Source of the DNA: the human T2T-CHM13v2.0 reference genome, Homo sapiens
Assembly: GCF_009914755.1 (NCBI RefSeq)
Contig: NC_060928.1
Direction: 5' to 3' (one strand)
DNA length: 64,000 bases
The notes beneath the pieces were generated by a model. The model was not told where the DNA came from, did not search any database, and was given only the letters and a program-made list of their open reading frames with translations. The translations under genes and the position numbers were made by a program. Positions 16,489-29,849 of this stretch are shown piece by piece (positions within the stretch are counted from its first letter, which is position 1; each line of letters opens with the position of its first letter).

Positions 16489-18458
16489 TATATTTATTTA
16501 TAGTATACTGAATTGATATGGAATGCTACTTTCTAATTTCAGAACTTTTATTATGAATCTCTGCTTCTGCACTGATCTAGAAATTCTCCTTAAATACATA
16601 AATCATCTTCTAATCATGAACTCCCTTATGCAAAATTCCATTATATGCAAAATGATTTCTGAATGTCTTTTGAGAAATGTGATCATTTGTGTTCCATATT
16701 TGAAACATAAGTTGCTTTTTTTGTTAATATTTTCTAAGTCTTGTTATTGGAATAAGGCAGGAAATAAACAAAAAAGTTAAATATGAAACTAAGAGGTATT
16801 GGTAATAGAAACAAGAGTTAAATAGGGTAGAAATATATGCCAATCTGTTGCTGCTGAGATTGCTGAAGAGACATAGAGGCAACTGAGAAAAAGTGAACTG
16901 AGCTTTGGGCTTGAATTTTTTCAGTGTGTTGCCAAGGAAAAACCAACATGTGCCAAAAATTACTTAATCTGTGCTGAAATTAGAAATTTCCATGAATAGA
17001 GTTAAATTTTCTAACCCTGTGAGCTGGGAGGAATTTGAGAGTTGCCTAATGAGATCTACTAAGTAGTTCAAGCAAAGGTTTCTCAGCGTTTTCTTATTTT
17101 TCTGGCATTGGAGTTTTCTGTGCCAGGGGTTAGATCAGGGAGTTGGTTATCAGCAAATCTAAGTGATAAGACTGATCATTCCTTAAAATATTTAATTGTG
17201 ACCTTCACATACCAGACAATCTTATAATGATACATTCGAGATGTTTTCAAATAACCCAATTTGGGATTTATATTAGAATAAATGGAGTGCATTGAATTCT
17301 AGGTTTAATTCCATTCATAAAATTAATATTTGGAAAAAAATGCTGAAGTTTCTAAAAAGATGGCTGTTATTAAGATTCAATTCTATTTTGCTGGCAAAAT
17401 AATTATCACCAGAATGTCAGAAGCATAGCGCCATTTTGCATATGATCTAGATATTTATTGATTCAAAGAGGCATGATAGGCCCATCAACATCTTTTCAAG
17501 TTTAAGGCAGAGGTTGAATATTCATTTGCTTACCAATATTTATTTTAGTGAATTTGCCTAATGTTTACTCCCTTTTTGAATTTAGTTATATTATCACACA
17601 CAAAAAATATCATATTAGATGGTAGTATAATTAATGGCATAAGTAAGTTCTCAAGAAAAGTCCCTTATTGCTACACAGTTGGTTTCAAAGGAACTCAACT
17701 TAAATTCCTAATATTTGACCACTGAAAATATTAACTATAACAACCTTTGATGTAGATCGCACTGCTCTTAGCAAAATAAACTTTATGGTGTGCTTATTTC
17801 CTTTGCATCAGTAAACATTAAACCTGTTTGTTCTGTTCTGCATTTTCCTGTGTTTTTGTTTGTTGTTTCTTTAATTTTTTTTATCGTATGCTACTTTTTT
17901 CTTTCCCCATTCTTTCACTGATTCCACAAGTCATGTAGTCTTTCCTTCAGTGATGTTTATTGTACTAAATTTCAAGTGACTCCATACCTCTTGGCAAGTT
18001 TATATGCTTTTGCTCTGCCAGTTTTTGCCAAAAAAGCTAAAATCAAAAACCTCTTTCCTTAGGACTTCTGTGTGTTCAAATGCTAGCATCTAGCAGTGAC
18101 AGTATGAAATGCTTTGGTATAATCAATCAGATCTACTTCTATTATTTCTCTAATTTGTATACATGCACAAAGGGTAGAAGTGATGTTTTGCTGTTTTTCA
18201 AACTTTGGTGAAGATCTTACAGTGGTTTAATTAAGTCCTAATTAATGATACAAAGCCCCTCCCCTAAAGTGTCTAATCATCAGCATTAGTATTACGGCAC
18301 GTATATTTGCCTGGGTCATTGAAATAGAAGAGGTTGAAATGAGAATTCTGGATGAAACTAAACATGTGGGGGAATAGATATGTGTCACTGCTACAGGAAA
18401 ATACATTGGATGATCTTTATATGCATATGATGTTGGCTGCTATTCATGCCTAGGCACC

Positions 18459-18504
18459 TATATATACATATACATTTATATATATATACACACACATATA
18501 CATT

Positions 18505-18551
<47 letters not shown>
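18459..18551. repeat. Compound (TA)n/(CA)n microsatellite
   Basis: Read directly; includes a pure CA run of about 14 units. Confidence 0.95.
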
Positions 18552-19009
18552 TTCCTTTGAAAAAGAACTGGGTGATCTCTAGAAGCTCATTCTACTCGAC
18601 TCCCATTAAACTATAAGTATGGGTTACTTAAGGTGTTTTTTGGTTGGAGGCTGTGTGGTCCTTGATGCTGATCTTGGGCCTTCCAGGGTCAGCTGCAGGC
18701 ATCAGGGCCCTAATGATCTATCATCTGGTCATTTTCCACTTGATGGCTATCTCTTCTTTCCAGCTGGTTAAATTTTATTTTATTATGGGTTATAGAAACT
18801 TCATTTATCATGCATTCTTCTCATCAACATGGGCTTTACAATTAATTTCAGATCTTGAGGTCCTTTAGTTTCTTAGCCTATTTGAAACTCAAAAGTACTT
18901 GTCTTGTTCAAATAATTTAGCTCTTATAAAGTCCCATCAAGCTGATGTTTCTTGGTATTAGTTTCAAGAATCTACACTGAAATAATAAAACACAAACTAT
19001 CTATTTTGC

Positions 19010-19400
19010 CTCATTGATTCATTCATTCCCTCAATATTAATATTAACTTAGAGCTCCAGGTACTGTTTTTGGTGCTAGGGATAGAGAAATAAATAACGAT
19101 AGCCTCTGCTCTCTTATGAAACTTACATTAGTGGTGAGCGGGAAGAATAGGGAGTGATGGAGAGTAAATAAACAAGTATGGAGAAATTCTGATAAAGCAA
19201 TAACTGCAATATAGAGAAGTAAAACAGAGTGATATACGGCATGCCTCGATAGCTACTTTAAGTTACAGTGCCAAGGCTGGCCACTTTTAGGAAGTGACCT
19301 ATATGCTGAAATTTGAAGGAAATTTGTGTGACTCATCAACACAAGGACACTATTCTGAATAAGTGAAAGAGTATCGAAAATGAAAGTCAAGGTGATACAA
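19010..19400 (-). mobile_element. L2 fragment
   Basis: 'cattgattcattcattc...ccaggtactgtttttggtgctagggatagag...cctctgctctcttatgaaacttacatt'. Confidence 0.65.
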
Positions 19401-19535
19401 ACACAGCAGCAATACCAACGCAGTGTAGGCTTACTTATCAAAACTACTATTCAAAATATTAGCCTCTACTGAAAAAGACTGAATGTATTTATACCTATTT
19501 TTGTTAAGTAGATAAAATCTTAAACCATCTAATCT

Positions 19536-19752
19536 TGTCTTTCTGTTCTTTCTTCTTTCTCCCCCTTCCCCACCTCCTTCCCTCCCTCCATCCGTCCCTC
19601 CTTTCCTTCCTTCCTTCCTTATTTTCTTCCTTCCCCCTTCCCTCCCTTCCTTTCTTCTTTCCTTCCTTTCTTTCTTCCTTCCCTCTTTCCTTCTTTTCTT
19701 TCTCTTTCTTTCTCATGCTCTTACATTTTTTCCTTCTTTCTGTTTTTTCTTT
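19536..19752. repeat. Polypyrimidine (CTTC/CTTT) low-complexity tract
   Basis: About 215 bp that are almost all C/T on the + strand. Confidence 0.95.
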
Positions 19753-20159
19753 CAGTTAGTACATATTAAGTGAACTACTATATACCAGGCACTATGATGG
19801 ACACAGAAATTCTGTAGTGAACAAGAAAAACGTGATTTCTTCCCTCATGGAGGTTAAACTCTATTGAAGACAACTTGTTTTGAATATACATTTTATGAGT
19901 AGTTATTAAGTATAATTGTTATAAATGCTACTACAAAGAGGTAAGTAGAACTAGTGTCGTTCATCATTTGAAATCATCATTATGCTTCCTGTACTGAGAA
20001 AAAGGGCAAGACTTTTCACAAAGGCTTTCTTCCAACTTTTATGTGATCAACAAAAAAGATTGAAATAGAACAGATGAGAAGATTTACCTTAATGCAGTTG
20101 TTCACCAATATTTTTCTAACTTTATTTTGTGTTAAAATTACTGATGGAGCTTGTTTATA

Positions 20160-20259
20160 ATCCAGAGTTCAGATTCATTTAGTTTGATGTAGGGATCAAG
20201 AATCTGAATTTTTAACAAATTTTCAAATAGTCTTTGGACTGTACTTTGAAAAACCACTA
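20160..20259. mobile_element. MER5-like hAT-Charlie fragment
   Basis: 'ccagagttcagattcattt...aagaatctgaatttttaacaaa...actttgaaaaaccact'. Confidence 0.6.
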
Positions 20260-20587
20260 GTTATAATATAACAGTAGATAGAGAAGGGATCTCCATCTAA
20301 AACTTGGCTTCAATATCATGATGGATGTCACAGATGCACCAAGACGGTGCAAAAATGCCACAGTGAGCCTTTCAAAGGCCAGCAGGGTAGGCTTTCCAAG
20401 TTGATTAAAAAATAGCTGAGTGAGGAAGGCCCTCAGGTTTTTAATGGTAGTTAGGAAGAGGAACTGGGGTAAACATTTTAATTTTCTCCTGGTACCATGG
20501 ATGGAATATCTGGGGTTCCTTATCACCTTGTCCAGAAGTGGGGCAAAGGGAAAAAGGCAGGATTGTTGCTTAAAAGCTGCCAGGAGC

Positions 20588-20902
20588 AGCCAGGCACAGT
20601 GGCTCATGCCTGTAGTCCCAGCACTTTGGGAGGCCGAGGCAGGCAGATCACGAGGTCAAGAGTTCGGGACCAGCCTGGCCAACATGGTGAAACCTTGTCT
20701 CTACTATAAATACAAAAAATTAGCCAGACGTGGTGGCAGGTGCCTGTAATCCCAGCTACTCAGGAGGCTGAGGCAGGAGAAACACTTGAACCCGGGAGGC
20801 GGAGGTTGCAGTGAGCCAAGACCACACCACTACACTCCTGCCTGGGCAACAGAGCAAAACTCTGTCAAAAACAAAAACAAAAACAAACAAACAAACAAAA
20901 AA
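20588..20902 (+). mobile_element. AluSg-like full-length Alu with an (AAAC)n tail
   Basis: 'gatcacgaggtc...ccagcctggccaacatgg'; TSD aaaa(g/a)ctgccagga at 20572-20585 and 20898-20911. Confidence 0.93.
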
Positions 20903-21079
20903 CTGCCAGGATCCAGCATCAACACTGGAGTCAGACCCCTTATTATGTATTCAAGAATGAATAGTTGTGACATTGTGTTATCTACTGTGAGTCTGAAGTG
21001 AATTCTATTCCTATAGTTTGTAATCCTGTCCAGTTTTCTTTTTCTTTTGAGTCAAATTGAATGTATGCTCAGGTACATA

Positions 21080-21841
<762 letters not shown>

Positions 21842-21863
21842 AACTAAGGTCTAAATCAGTTTA

Positions 21864-21875
21864 TCTATCTGTCTG

Positions 21876-21921
<46 letters not shown>

Positions 21922-21949
21922 GTCTATCTATCTATCATCTATCTATCTA
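21864..21949. repeat. Compound tetranucleotide STR [TCTA]1[TCTG]2[TCTA]11 TCG [TCTA]3 TCA [TCTA]3
   Basis: Counted from the sequence. Confidence 0.95.
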
Positions 21950-22883
21950 ATCACTGCTCTTGTCCATTTTGTCTTATATGATTCTGTTTTTTGGACACTT
22001 ATCTTACATTTTTCATTTTTCATCTCTCTTACTTTTTTTCCTCTCTTCATCCAACCACACTCTGCTTCTCATTTATGTTTATGATGTGGAGCATATTATT
22101 ATATTTTAATTTTCACATACGTGTTAAATTTATTTTGACCAAATCTTTTATGTATAAATTCAGAGCTGGAAGAATATATAGTTAAATAAAAAGCATGTGG
22201 ATCCAAAACAAACACATGTTGCTCCGACAGGTCATGTACCATTCTTAAATTTCCTTTCCTTCGATTTACCATGATATTTTTGCCCACTCCTCTCTGGCAA
22301 TACTATATTTTGGGAGTACTGTGATTTCCTAGAACATCACCATCAGATGTATCCATTTCCTCCTAATAGTCTCTTTCTTACAGTCACTTTTCTCTCATAA
22401 TAGCAGTAGATTTTTTCCTTTCACTCTTATCCTCACTTACTAGCACTATCTACAATAATATAAATTATCATGAGTTACTCAGGAAATAGGCAGAAGCTAA
22501 ATCTTATTACTGCCCTTATTTTTTTATGTGGAGAAACTGAGGCAACATAGTAGAAAATTTCTTCAATGGTAAAAGTAAACTTGACAATGCACCTGAAACT
22601 ATTAATGCACCTGGAACTAATTTGCACATATTTTTTTTCAATTACATTTATTTAGTTAGTGAATGAATGGATCAATCAATATTTCCACTGGGCTAAACAA
22701 AATTTTATTTATTTAAACATACTGAAAGTGTCATTCAGGCTGAAGAATATTTCAGAAATTCTAGGAACAAGACAGAGATAGCTCCGAAGTGGTAGATCAT
22801 TCAAAATAGAGCTCAGAAAGATGAGGGCATTTTTAATACTCAGAATATTAACAGGCATGATAATAGAGCCTTCATCTTAAAGT

Positions 22884-22923
22884 TATCTATCTATCATCTC
22901 TATCTATCTATCTATCTATCTAT
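22884..22923. repeat. Short interrupted (TCTA)n STR
   Basis: Read directly. Confidence 0.85.
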
Positions 22924-22939
22924 AAAATGATACATAATG

Positions 22940-23583
22940 ATAGAATGGTAGCTACTCTTGACTGCTTTATAAAACAATTTTCTTAAGTATTTGAAATATA
23001 AATGTTTAAATTAATAGCCACACTAGCCCTTTGAGGGTTAAGTCTTTTTATCATCATTTTACAGATGAGAAAATGAAGACTAGAAAGTTTTAGTAGCCTA
23101 CAGTATCTTTCAGGTCAGAGAAGGCTATGCTGTGATAACAAATAACACTGAAATCCAAGTGTCTTAGTACAATAAATATTATCTTGCTTATTTAAAGAAA
23201 GCTACAGGTTCTGGTGATTCTACAGGGCAGTTGTCCTCATTATGGCAATCCAATTATTCAGGCTAAGGGAGATTCCAAAGCCTGTAGCCCAAAGCATGTG
23301 GGCTCCTAAAGAATCAACCACTGGCTCTAAAAGGTTCCCACTAAAAAGTAATACACATCATGTCTACTCATGTTTCATTAGTCAAAGATAGGTTCAAGTT
23401 CATTCTTATCTTCAAGGGGATAAGAATCACAATCTTCTGCTATTGCCTAGGAGAAGAAGAGAACTACATATCAGTAGAGATTAATAGTATCTGCCACAAT
23501 GGCCTGAGTTTATCTATCCAGGCAGTAGAAGAACTAGGATCCCAGCACAGATATATCTCCAAATTTTATGCTCTTAATCACTG
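22940..23583 (-). mobile_element. MIR (~22940-23095 and ~23500-23583) split by an MLT1J/K-like LTR (~23100-23498)
   Basis: MIR core 'cattttacagatgagaaaatgaagac'; LTR 'aggctatgctgtgataacaaataac...atagtatctgccaca'; MIR resumes with 'atgctcttaatcactg'. Confidence 0.65.
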
Positions 23584-25879
23584 ATCTGTCTATCATTTCT
23601 TAATGTGTATTAGTTAGAAAATAATTTTTAAACCTATGGGAACTCAGAACAAGAATACTTCAAAAAAAGGAAAGAAACTAAGATAATTTCATGGAGACTC
23701 TGATTGCTAAAGGATTTGTAGAATAACTTCAGATTCTGGAGGCTTGGGTAAGTATGTTATACATGATACTTAAATCTCTGCGTTAGCATTTGGTGGCTCA
23801 TGAGGAAGAAATAAAAGCCTGGACAAATTTAGTAAAAAACACATACTAAAATAATTAATGTTCTAGGTTAACTTTGATTGAAAATACTTGACTGCCTAGG
23901 CAACAAACATTTTTAAAGTGGGACAACATACTCTTACTAACTATGATGTTAAAAATGCATTCTGCATCTCAGACAGAAGCCTCTGAGTACTGAATTCAGA
24001 TAAACAATCTATTTGGATACTTGGCATTCTGTCAAATTGAAAATAGAATCTCCCGAGATGTCTGTCAACAGAAAAGGGCTCCTCAGTTAAGATAAAAAAA
24101 TTAATTAATGATTGATTGACCTGCTGAAATGCTAGTTGAGATATACAGCTCACCACTGCTGCATGGTCACTTGAGAATCCTTATTTTATTTTGCTATAAA
24201 ATGGATGCATTTGTATTCTAACTGCTTATTTTATTGCCACTATAGGTATGGCTGGAGTTACAGCTTTTCTTTTACTGAGCAGTGATGCTTAATTACATTT
24301 TTATTTTGAAATGAAAAAGCCTTATATTTCTGCATGGCACATCATGCCAGAATATAGGCAAAAATCAAATGAAGGAAACAGGCTAGGGTCCAATTAGATT
24401 TATTTTATTATTAAACATTAACCACATATAAACCCAAAACAATGTTAATTTTACTATTTCACTGGAATTTGTTTTTAAAAGATTCTTCTATCTTTCGAGA
24501 ACTGAATTGTTCAAAAGATCAAAAATGTAGAAAAGTATTAACGAGCTCTTTATAATTATAGCTATTTAATTTCTTATTCTTTTGAATAAGATTGAAACAA
24601 AAACAGTTGTCAAGTTGATTCAATTGATGACAGGGCTGTAGATCATTTTTAAAATCTATTGTTCTTATGGTTTTATATGACAACGAAAAAATAATCAAGA
24701 AATGTTTGGAAATATGACTGTAGAATTTATATTATTTCATATTTTTGGCAGTCACAAGGATGCAACTAAAATTGAGAAACACCTTTTCTAATCAGTGTGT
24801 GGTAAATGTTGACACTTTAAGCAACAAGTTCTTACCATGACTGAAGAAAATATAGCACAGGAAAAGGCAACTTCTTCACTTTCAGTGTCAGCAGATATAT
24901 TACCTAATAATTTATCAAAACTCACATAAGGAAGCATTAAACAATGGTTGAAGTCTTTTAGAAATAGCCATGGATCTGCCAGGTAGTTTCTGGGATTAGT
25001 TACATGGATTAACTTTTCAATTAACAACACTCTTTCAGTATTAGAATTATTTTTTTCCAGAAGAAAATACAGTCACATTGGTTTCTTAAAATGTGTGACA
25101 CTCCCAAATCAGGGTACACATTTTGGCTCCCCATTACCACGTACAAAGAAAGAAAATATAAGAAGGCTGTAGAATGTTTAAAATTTTAATTAGATTTGAA
25201 GATTAATACTTTGATTAGATTCACAGATGATTTCATATAGATATGTCTATCATGCTTATAATAGAAGTTCTGTATTGTATATTCTAGCGATACTTCTGAT
25301 AGTACCAAAAATAAACTCTTTTTAATTGAAAAACAAATTGACTCAAAAGGAAAATGAAAAAATTCTGACTATAAAAAGTTTATTTATATACATTCATACA
25401 CACACATACACAATTGATATTTTAAAGTTAAAATTGTATGCTAATTAGTCATTGAAAGTCAGGTTTTTTGTACTTCATCTTTCAGTAGGTCCTTTATTGA
25501 TAGAGTCTAAGAAACAAGATACATGATAATGATTTGTAAAGATGCATTTGACTTCTTTTTGAAATCTATTTAATTATACTTATATTTTTATATTAATAAA
25601 AAAATTAAATATATTTGAAATCTATTTAAGCCATTGATATACATTAGGTTACATTTTTAGGAACCAGAAACATGTGAGAGTTGGAAAACACTCACCACTT
25701 CTCAGGAAAGTAAAAATAGAGCTTTTAATATCTAGTGATGATGTCACCTTAGATGTATTTTTGCATTTATCCTATCTTTTTTCAGGTTAAGAACTGGTCT
25801 ACTGTAGAAAAGGTATGAGGCAGTATTCTTTAATCACGTAATCTTATAATATGAGTGGACGAGTATAAAACAATATAGA

Positions 25880-27300
25880 AAAAAAATCAGTGTGCATTAG
25901 GATAAAAATTTTATAGCACTAGTCAGGTATGTTTTGCCTCTTTGATATTGAGTAAATGACTCAATGCTTTAAGCCTGAATTTTCTGCTGTAAAATGATTA
26001 TACAATCTTTGCTGAGACTCTCAGCTGTTGTTGCAAAGAATAAAAGAGATAATATATAAATAAAGCACTTTCAAAATTGAAAATTGTTATATGACATGCT
26101 ACTCAACAGTGTAACTCCACTGGGAACACATTAACTTAAAACCATCCCCTTGTTATCACTATATTCACCTGAATAGAGGTTGAACAGCAATATTGTTTTT
26201 TACTTTCTTTCACAACCAAATCTTGGTTTTGAACAGTCCTTCTCTCAATTCCTAACCCCTATTTTTAAGTAGTTTAAAATCCTTCTTTACTTCTGTACCT
26301 GAGGGCACCCCAGGGAAACAGATTGAATAAGATTATCAAACAATGAGAAATTTACAGTAAACTACATTTGTGTTCTCTATTCCCTTTAAATAAGAAAAAC
26401 AAAATAAAATACTTTATCCCTCTTTTCACTTTTGCTCCATGATCTTTTTTTATCTTTTAAAATTAGAAACCAAAAATACTATACTAAAGCAGATACTTTA
26501 TCTGCAACTACCACCATGTCTATTACCACCACCACTGCTACCCTTGCTTTTTCTAATGTTGCTGATACTGCACCTAGTTAGTATATTTCAGTCACTGATC
26601 TGAGCACTTTACATTTATTTTCTCATGGGATCCACACGACAAACTTGTATGGAGGTTCTATTAGTATCCCTAGTTTAAAGCCAAGGAAATATATTTCAAA
26701 TAGATTATCTAATTTTATGTGGCTACACACTCACACATTGGGATGAATGAGTATTTAGGGGTGAAGCCAGAGTTAGGAAAGCCCAACATATACTATGTGC
26801 ATAGTAGACAAGTGTTTCTACGAAATTAACTTTCTTCAATTATCCAGCAGAAACAATCGGGTGTCCTAAAGCATGTAAACATATGGGAGCCTAGAAAAAT
26901 AAGTATCAGACAATCCCACCTGCAACAAGAGTACAGAGGAGTGGAAATTACTGGGCAAGACATTATGAATTTTTCTATAAGTGAAGAAAGATCTTCAGGT
27001 AAAAGATACATTTAGCTTGTCTTTCTAAAAATTGGAAATATATCATAATGCTCTTAATCAGCAGTCAGACATATTTTCAAATTCTATCTTTCGTGATACA
27101 TAAATTGAGTTCGCTTAACTCCACTACCCAGTTCTACAAACTTTTGCTGGTTAACTTCTTTGGTTCTTCATTTTTTCATCCATAAGATGGAGATGATAAC
27201 AGTACTGCACCTAAATATTTAGGACTATGATGAGAACTGAAACTGACAATCCATCTCACTGAGCCTGGCCTGAAAGAACTTTTACACATGAATGCAATAA
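25880..27300. mobile_element. Three separate MIR fragments (~25880-26090, ~26570-26780, ~27100-27300)
   Basis: Degenerate MIR core motifs such as 'ttttttcatccataagatggagatgataacagtac' and 'gagcactttacatttattttctcat'. Confidence 0.5.
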
Positions 27301-29276
27301 TTGTGACATTAGTGGTAATAATTCAAACTCTATAAATCTTTGGTTTGTTTTAGAAAACTTTTTTGTAATTCAGAATACTCATGATTTTAGCCTTTCAAGC
27401 TGAAATCACTGTTGGTTAATTTTTTTAAAGATGTTCAAGTGAAGACAAATCTAGGTCTCTATCAAAATATCATTTCTAGAAACTAACAGAAAACCAGCTG
27501 AGAACATGAGTCTTGAGGCTTCCCTTAAGATCAGTGAACCAGGGCTAAGATGAAGTGTACTATCTGAGGTCTTTTTAGAAGAAATTCCACATTTTGATTC
27601 TTTTATGTGTGCTTAAGTGAATAGTTAGGATTTATCAATGTCCTGTGGTGACAATACACCACAAATTCTCCCCTCTGTAACAAGATTCAGTCAATTAACA
27701 AGCTTTGGATGAGAAACTATAGGACTATGTCCTCAGCAGGAGCAATATCTGATACCTTTGTTGTTAATAATGTATTCTTCCCTTACCCCCAACAGCTTCT
27801 GAATCTAGAAGTCTAATTTTTAAAATAAAATTCCAGGTGATCGAATTTTTTCCTGAAACAATAATCTTCCTCTACTTTAAACCTTATGAGACCTTCTCTT
27901 GCAGAATTTGAAATCCACTGATGTGTATCTCAAACTTAAAAATGAATCTTAAAGAACGATTGTCTTACTTAACCTCCTCAGGCTAGAAGGTGCCATGCTG
28001 TGGTAAGTCAGTAGCAAAAAACAAATAACACTTCAATAAGAAAATCAGCAAAGAATCCCAAAGAAGAATTAGATTTTCCCGACACTTCAACTTAACTGGA
28101 AATATCCACAGTTTTCATTATCTTATATTAGTCAGAAAAGTCCAAAAGTATATTGCCTTACGGTTGAACAAAACTGGGTTATAATATTCTCTGCAAAAAT
28201 TCAAATTTTCTAATTTGAAACTAAAATTATTTTTTTCAGCTTAAAACAGCTCTCATGAGTTTAATGCTTTTTGAAAAAATACAAAAGTAAATGAAGAATG
28301 CCATCACTATTTATAAAGAAAATTTATTCACATCACATTTGTTTTTGGTTCTAATGTCACTTTGTAATTAACTTTAGGTTTCTTATATAAAGTTTGGAGT
28401 CACTCAAAATGCTCATCATAATCTTCAAATGATGATACTTAGAGTCTTGGATGTCTCAGGATCTCCTGTGAGTTTATGGATCTGTGCATTTTCTAAATAC
28501 TAACTAAGCCCTGAGAAAATTGCAATGTCCATGCTGCATTTCACTCCATCTTCGCCTGACAATTTGGAATAAGGTTCCTTTGTCTATGTGTTAATCCTGC
28601 TAAACTATGTCAACTACTTCTTAGTTACCTGGGGTAACGTATTTGGTTTCACTCATTTTAGGGCTTTTCTAAGACTCACCTGAACAGTGTCTTAACATGT
28701 AGGTTCAACACTTGCCTGATTTCTCCACTTCAGCTCTACCAGTTCCAGAGCTACCCGGGAAAGGCAAAGATTTGGACCAGTAATTATTAATTATTGTTAT
28801 AAAATTAACTGATTCTATACATTCATAATATAATTATCCTTATCATATAAGTATTAAATTCAATTTCTCCTTTATATAATACATTTGACATGCCTAATTT
28901 TAAAAAATTCTGACTTTGTCATATTTGCTCATTTAGTCATTAAATGTGGGCAGTTATCTGATATTCCTAGATTATCCTTGACTTTCAGTTTAATCTATAT
29001 ACTGTCTCATCATAATTTATTTCTATACCTCTGATGTCTCTATTGTTAGAGATTCTTACCATGTAAGATAATAATTCTTTATTCCCAATTCTTCAAAATA
29101 TAAACATGTTCCTATGGGAGGTTTTTTTTTTAATTGTAATCATGGTGGCCTGGAGGATCTTTTTGGTTGAGTGCAGAGCTCATGTGTAACAGGACCAGAG
29201 TCCCAGTGGCACAAGTTTCTCAGGCATTCATCCTGTGGAATTCTCTTATAACCACCTTAGTATGAATATATCTTAT

Positions 29277-29849
29277 TGTGTTAGTCAAGGTTCTCCAGAG
29301 AACTAGAACCAATTATATATATAAACACACACACATTTATATTATATATGTGCATATATATATATCTGTATACATATATACACATATATAATATATAAGG
29401 AGATATACATTATCTAATATACATACATGTATAGTATATATACATATACAGTATACATATATGTATACATATGTGTATACTGTATATATACATATACAGT
29501 ATAGAGAGAGATAGAAGGAGAACTAGAGGTATATTTCTTTTATGTTAAGGAATTATCTCACAAGATTGTGGGAACTAGCAAGTCTAAAATCTGTCGACCA
29601 GGCTGGAAACACAGACAGGTGTTCATGCTGCAGTCACGAGGCAGAATTCCTTCTTCTTTATGATGCTGTATATTTACTCTTCAGGCCTTCCACTGAATGG
29701 ATGAGGATAATTTTGTTTTTTAACTTAAATTCAACTGATAATAGATGTTAATCATATTTACAAAATACATTCACAGCAACACCCGACTAGTATTTGATTA
29801 AATAACTGGGTGCTATAGCCAAGCCAAGTTGACACACAAAACTATCACA
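29277..29849 (-). mobile_element. MLT2 (MLT2D-like) ERVL LTR with an internal TA/CA microsatellite
   Basis: 'tgtgttagtcaaggttctccagagaactagaaccaat' and the end 'gccaagttgacacacaaaactatcaca' match MLT2 termini in antisense. Confidence 0.85.

Noticed and set aside
16626-16655. Paired octamer-like ATGCAAAAT motifs
   Set aside because: They do not match ATGCAAAT exactly and are expected in AT-rich DNA.
19504-19759. K/E/R/G-rich and F/S/L/P-rich ORFs
   Set aside because: Translations of the CT-rich low-complexity tract.
21864-21949. Identification as a named forensic locus (D3S1358-, vWA- or D21S11-like structure)
   Set aside because: The flanks do not match those loci as I recall them, so no name is assigned.
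24837-24929. 30-codon + strand ORF (MTEENIAQEK...) with an ACCATG context
   Set aside because: No promoter, splice or homology support; ORFs this short are expected by chance.
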